DNA from: a virus
Taxonomy: Duplodnaviria > Caudoviricetes
Direction: 5' to 3' (one strand)
IMG/VR virus record: IMGVR_UViG_3300036798_000500
Coordinates: 1-28,161 of that record
DNA length: 28,161 bases
A program made the translations under genes and the position numbers. The number at the start of each line of letters is the position of its first letter. Position 1 is the stretch's first letter. The notes beneath the pieces were generated by a model that had not been told where the DNA came from, ran no database searches, and saw only the letters and a list, made by a program, of their open reading frames with translations. Of the stretch, positions 23,951-28,161 are shown in pieces.

Positions 23951-23982
23951 GCCACTGATCAGCCCCTAGGAGCCGGATAGCT

Positions 23983-25359
23983 ATGTCAACCGATATTGTC
24001 GTCGTCAACGTTACGCAGCAGCAGGCGCCGGTCCCGAATGCGCTTCAGAAGGCTGGTGCCTTCGTTACGCAGGGGGGTACGAGCACTGTTCCCAATACGT
24101 TGACCCTCCTCACCAACGGCCAGACACTTCAAGGTGTCTTGGCTCAGCCGATGGGGCTTACTTCACTGGCCTGGTCTACAGGTACGGTGACAGCCACCAC
24201 CTCTGCACCTCACGGCTGGACCAATGGTCTCGTCACTCCAATTACTATTGCAGGAGCGGCGCCTGCAGGATATAACGGATCGTTCCAGGGAACTGTCACC
24301 GGAGTGAACACTGTTACGTATCCTCTCGTGTCGAACCCGGGCACTGAGACGACGCCAGGAACCATCACACTCGGTGCTGCTTCTGAACTTCAGCAAATGA
24401 ACACCACGTTCTTTGCTCAAGGTTCAGGTCAGTCAGTGTATGTTCTAGAGCTTGGACCGGGGACGGTAGCTCAGGGGGTTGCTGCGTTGGTTCAGTGGAT
24501 GACCAACAATGCCAAGGTTATCTACAGCTACCTGATCCCTCGAGAATGGGATGCTCAGACCGCCTTCACTGATATCCTCGAGAACTACGACAGCACTACA
24601 GGGTTGACGTATTTCTTCGTGACCACTACTGTGGCGAATGCTGAGTCCTATGTAACCCACAAGTGTGTCCTTGCCCAGGTGGAGGCGCCAGGTATTCCGG
24701 CGACGGAGTTCAGTCTCGCGGCGACTTTCTTCGTGACTCTGAACTACAACCCGAACAGCACTAACAAGGTGACGCCACTCAGCTTCGCCTTTGTGTATGG
24801 TGTGACGGCCTACCCGATCCCCGGCAATCAACCTACGTTCGCTGAACTTGACAGTGATAACGTCGGATGGGTCGGTACTGGCGCCGAGGGAGGGATCAGC
24901 AACACGATCATCTTCTATGGTCAGTTGAGCGACGGCAATCCATTCGGCTATTGGTATGCGGCTGATTGGGCTAACCTGAATCTTAACTTGTCCTTGTCTA
25001 ATGAGGTCATCAACGGGTCCAATAACCCGCTGGCTCCGTTGTACTACGATCAGCCGGGGATCGATCGTCTGCAGAACCGTGCGTTCAAGACTCTCGCTAC
25101 CGCTATATCAAACGGTCTGGGGACGGGTCAGCTGGTGGCTACTCAACTTCCGGCTCAGACATTCGAGACTAATTTCTTGTCGGGTGTCTACGAGGGTCAG
25201 ATCGTCATCAATGCTGAACCTTTCTCTATCTACACGCAGGAAAACCCGTCCGACTTCCCCATCGGCAAGTATGCTGGTCTCGCTGCGATTTTCACACCAT
25301 CTCGAGGGTTCAAGCAGATTTTCTTCACCTTGAACATCACCAACATCGTCGCCGCATAA
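23983..25359 (+). CDS. Tail sheath protein
   Basis: 458 aa; IVVVNVT start, G.PFGYWYAADW and LYYDQPGID motifs of DUF3383-like sheaths; precedes the tube gene. Confidence 0.8.
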   Translation: MSTDIVVVNVTQQQAPVPNALQKAGAFVTQGGTSTVPNTLTLLTNGQTLQGVLAQPMGLTSLAWSTGTVTATTSAPHGWTNGLVTPITIAGAAPAGYNGSFQGTVTGVNTVTYPLVSNPGTETTPGTITLGAASELQQMNTTFFAQGSGQSVYVLELGPGTVAQGVAALVQWMTNNAKVIYSYLIPREWDAQTAFTDILENYDSTTGLTYFFVTTTVANAESYVTHKCVLAQVEAPGIPATEFSLAATFFVTLNYNPNSTNKVTPLSFAFVYGVTAYPIPGNQPTFAELDSDNVGWVGTGAEGGISNTIIFYGQLSDGNPFGYWYAADWANLNLNLSLSNEVINGSNNPLAPLYYDQPGIDRLQNRAFKTLATAISNGLGTGQLVATQLPAQTFETNFLSGVYEGQIVINAEPFSIYTQENPSDFPIGKYAGLAAIFTPSRGFKQIFFTLNITNIVAA

Positions 25360-25369
25360 GGAGTTATCG

Positions 25370-25861
25370 ATGGCCAATCCACTTATTTACCAGGGGGTCC
25401 TCAACAAGCTTCGTGGCTCGTTGTCAGTGATCCTTCTTCCCGAGCTGAATGTTACTGCATCCTATCTGGGTGAGGACGGCATCAGCTTAGCTTTCGAGGG
25501 TGAGGCCTCTGCATACCTTCCGACAATGACGGGTGCAGTGCCCTCTCCTAATCCCTATCAGATCAGCACAGTGTCCATCGCTCTGTTGAGAACCCAGAAT
25601 CTTTCTGCGATCTGGAAGGCTCAGATGGAGCTGAACACGACCATCGGCGACGTTGTGGTGAAGACAGATACAGCGACGTTGCCTAACTACAGTTTCCTCA
25701 ACTGCACTATCAAAGGTGTGGGTGAGCTTGCTGTGAACGGTCGTAGTCCTCTCTATGGCATAGTCCTGCAGGGAACGTACTACATCAACAGCACTCTCTT
25801 CGACGTTATCGGCAATACTCTCACTAGCACTATTGGTATCCAAAACATCCTCAACCTCTAA
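25370..25861 (+). CDS. Tail tube protein
   Basis: 163 aa beta-rich, directly after sheath; ALLRTQ motif. Confidence 0.75.
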   Translation: MANPLIYQGVLNKLRGSLSVILLPELNVTASYLGEDGISLAFEGEASAYLPTMTGAVPSPNPYQISTVSIALLRTQNLSAIWKAQMELNTTIGDVVVKTDTATLPNYSFLNCTIKGVGELAVNGRSPLYGIVLQGTYYINSTLFDVIGNTLTSTIGIQNILNL

Positions 25862-25870
25862 AGGTGAACT

Positions 25871-26500
25871 ATGGCGGATGGTAGCAGCACCACCCAGGCC
25901 GGCAGACTTCATTTGGATAAGAAACTCAATCTAGTTATGCCCATCACTCATGGGGATAAGGTACTATACGTCCACGCTATGCCTATCAAGCGCGAGACAT
26001 TCGAGCAGTACTTCCTGGTCATCTCCAAGACTTTTGCCGCAATTTACAAGGATAACCTTCAGCTATTTGCGGGGTCTAGAGTCTGCGCACTCATGATGCG
26101 AGAGGTTGCTAAGGATACTCTTAGGTCAGATGGACGAACTTGGTGGGAAGGACCTGATGGTGTGGAGTCAGGTCTACTTGGCGAGATTAGACGTCTCGCC
26201 AATGTAGTTTGTACAGATGACACTGGTCACTGGATCACCATGCCCTACGAGGATGCAGTGATCCATCATGTATTGGATGAGGATGAGGTCCTGGAGGTAG
26301 AAGGTACCTTAGCTTTTTTTACTGTGAACTACGCCATTCACAAGAAGGAGGTGGCTACAGCCATCCTGAGCTCGTCGGGGGAACTCTGGGGATGGCAAAT
26401 CACATCATCGGGTTTACAGGAGTTCAAAACTTCCTTGACGATATCGACTCAGGAAGAGCCTACTGGAGAGACGGGGACACCATCGTCCATTCCATCCTAA
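25871..26500 (+). CDS. Tail assembly chaperone
   Basis: Lies between tube and tape measure; contains a T TTT TTT heptamer. Confidence 0.7.
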   Translation: MADGSSTTQAGRLHLDKKLNLVMPITHGDKVLYVHAMPIKRETFEQYFLVISKTFAAIYKDNLQLFAGSRVCALMMREVAKDTLRSDGRTWWEGPDGVESGLLGEIRRLANVVCTDDTGHWITMPYEDAVIHHVLDEDEVLEVEGTLAFFTVNYAIHKKEVATAILSSSGELWGWQITSSGLQEFKTSLTISTQEEPTGETGTPSSIPS

Positions 26501-26619
26501 CCTGGGTATCAGGTGAAGGCTTTGGAGAATTCTGTGAGTTTCATGACTTGGACTATGGGGACTCCCATAGTTTCAGGCAACGGTATGTGATCGCTGCTCT
26601 GAAGTCGAGGGGTTTTTAG
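26314..26619 (+). CDS. -1 frame extension of the tail assembly chaperone (lambda gpGT-like)
   Basis: -1 frame is open from the T7 run at 26314 to TAG at 26619, 3 nt before the tape measure ATG. Confidence 0.5.
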   Translation, partial: FFYCELRHSQEGGGYSHPELVGGTLGMANHIIGFTGVQNFLDDIDSGRAYWRDGDTIVHSILTWVSGEGFGEFCEFHDLDYGDSHSFRQRYVIAALKSRGF

Positions 26620-26622
26620 ATC

Positions 26623-28161
26623 ATGCCTGAGTCTGTTATCACTACTAAGGTAGATGACTCTTCCTTCCAGAGTTATGCGAAAGCCTTCCAAAGCCACAGG
26701 GATGACCTGAAGGGTCTGGTGGGGGATTGGGCCAACGTCAGTAAAGTTACCCAGTCTGTCAGTCATATCATGTCTACTATGACTTCCGCGTTGCTACTAC
26801 AGCAGGATATGATCCGAAAGGAGACTAAGGCATTCAAGGACGCAGAGAAAGAAGAAGCTCGTCTATTGGCTCTTGAGAACAAGCGTAAGCAAGCCACCAA
26901 GGATATCTGGACGAACACTCAGAATATGGCTAAGTCCTTAGTCTCTGCGACGGGGAGTCTTCTGAAGTTCGTGGCCTCGGCTGGTATCTTTACAGGTCTT
27001 ATAGGTATGGGAGGAAACCTATTTGGCCTGGGAACGTTAGCTAATTTTGCATCTGACTCTCGCCGAAGTGCTATGCGCCTTGGTACCCAGAGTGGGAACC
27101 TACAAGCTTTCAATGTAAACTACCAGCGCTACTTTGACTCTCAGAGTATGCTGCAGAACATCGTTGAGGCCAGAGCAGATTACAGCAAGATGGGAGCCTT
27201 TGCTCAGATGGGAGTTAATCCCATGGGCAAGGACCCCGCTGATCTTGCTCTAGAGATGATGACGAGGGCCAAAGGTCTGTGGGATCGGTCAGACAAGACC
27301 GTTCAATTTGCGCAGTCTCAGGGATTGCTGCAATTCTTCTCGCTAGAGGACCTCATCGCCCTCGGTAAGATGTCTAAGGAGGAACTCAAGACCGCTCATG
27401 ATCGGTATGAAGCTGACAAGGCGAACATGAAGGTTACGGATGAGGTGAACCGTAGGTGGCAAGATCTCTCCGTTCAATTGAGTCGTTCATCTGTAACCAT
27501 CCAGGATGCCCTCATAACTGCCTTGGAGAAGTTGGCTCCCATATTCGAGAGCTTGAGTGCAACTATCACTAAGGCTATCCAGAACTTTCTCACCACTGAT
27601 AATGTTAAGAAGCTAATCAACGATGTGGCTACTGGTTTAAAGGGCTTTGCTGATTGGATGGCCAGTGATAACTTCAAGAAGACTCTAGCCACTTTCCTTG
27701 ATGACATGACCCAGGCGGGTCAGTCCTTCATCAACTTCCTAAAGGCCATCGGCTGGATAAAAGCGACGCCTCAAGATATCTGGAGTGGTCAGTCCTTTGA
27801 GCAGCGTAAGATTGTTGCTTGGTCCCATCTCCCATCTCAGGGGCTAGCTGATATGCTTCCGGGGAGTCGCCGACAAAGAATGGCTGAGACCATAGCCAGG
27901 GAAGCTGTTCCGCCCTGGCTGGACCCCGACAATCCTGCTGCTGTCAAGGCTGGTACTGCTGTCGGTATTCCCAAGTATACGCCTCCCCCTCCTGGTCCAC
28001 CTCTTGTAGGTGATGGCGGTGCTGCGAAGCCTGCTAGTTCTAAGGGTTTTGATACCACCGCAGCTTTCAAGGCTGCTATGGGCTCTGTTGCTCCCGGTTG
28101 GCACGACACCGGTGACTATCGTTCCCAGGCACGAGAAAATGAGCTTCGAGCTAAAGGAGCT
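26623..28161 (+). CDS. Tape measure protein (partial, runs off right edge); absent from ORF track
   Basis: ATG at 26623 (MPESVITTKVDDSSF...), long helical Ala/Leu-rich frame with a hydrophobic segment, follows the chaperone. Confidence 0.85.
   Translation, partial: MPESVITTKVDDSSFQSYAKAFQSHRDDLKGLVGDWANVSKVTQSVSHIMSTMTSALLLQQDMIRKETKAFKDAEKEEARLLALENKRKQATKDIWTNTQNMAKSLVSATGSLLKFVASAGIFTGLIGMGGNLFGLGTLANFASDSRRSAMRLGTQSGNLQAFNVNYQRYFDSQSMLQNIVEARADYSKMGAFAQMGVNPMGKDPADLALEMMTRAKGLWDRSDKTVQFAQSQGLLQFFSLEDLIALGKMSKEELKTAHDRYEADKANMKVTDEVNRRWQDLSVQLSRSSVTIQDALITALEKLAPIFESLSATITKAIQNFLTTDNVKKLINDVATGLKGFADWMASDNFKKTLATFLDDMTQAGQSFINFLKAIGWIKATPQDIWSGQSFEQRKIVAWSHLPSQGLADMLPGSRRQRMAETIAREAVPPWLDPDNPAAVKAGTAVGIPKYTPPPPGPPLVGDGGAAKPASSKGFDTTAAFKAAMGSVAPGWHDTGDYRSQARENELRAKGA

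Overview
This window is a fragment of a tailed dsDNA phage or prophage with a contractile tail. A high-GC proteobacterial host, possibly an alphaproteobacterium, is an inference. Left to right: a partial leftward ORF, a NusG/RfaH-like gene and terminase small subunit. Next comes a ~5.2 kb leftward cassette of ~12 small early-type genes between terS and terL, driven by eight copies of one promoter motif. Terminase large subunit and portal follow, then a ~4 kb moron cluster of membrane, secreted and low-complexity proteins. The rest is structural: Nudix-protease-scaffold fusion, decoration protein, major capsid, neck genes, three fibre-like genes with a shared N-terminal module, sheath, tube, chaperone with a candidate -1 frameshift, and a truncated tape measure. 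The most striking signal is a sharply bounded ~800 bp dinucleotide desert (6309-7130) where gene orientation diverges. There 5'-AG and 5'-GG are almost eliminated, in a strand-staggered way. The few survivors are nearly all forced by Trp, Gly or Pro codons or ribosome-binding sites, and a paralogous DNA-binding gene inside the desert has changed amino acids to comply. All family calls come from motif recognition and gene order by eye; no database searches were run.
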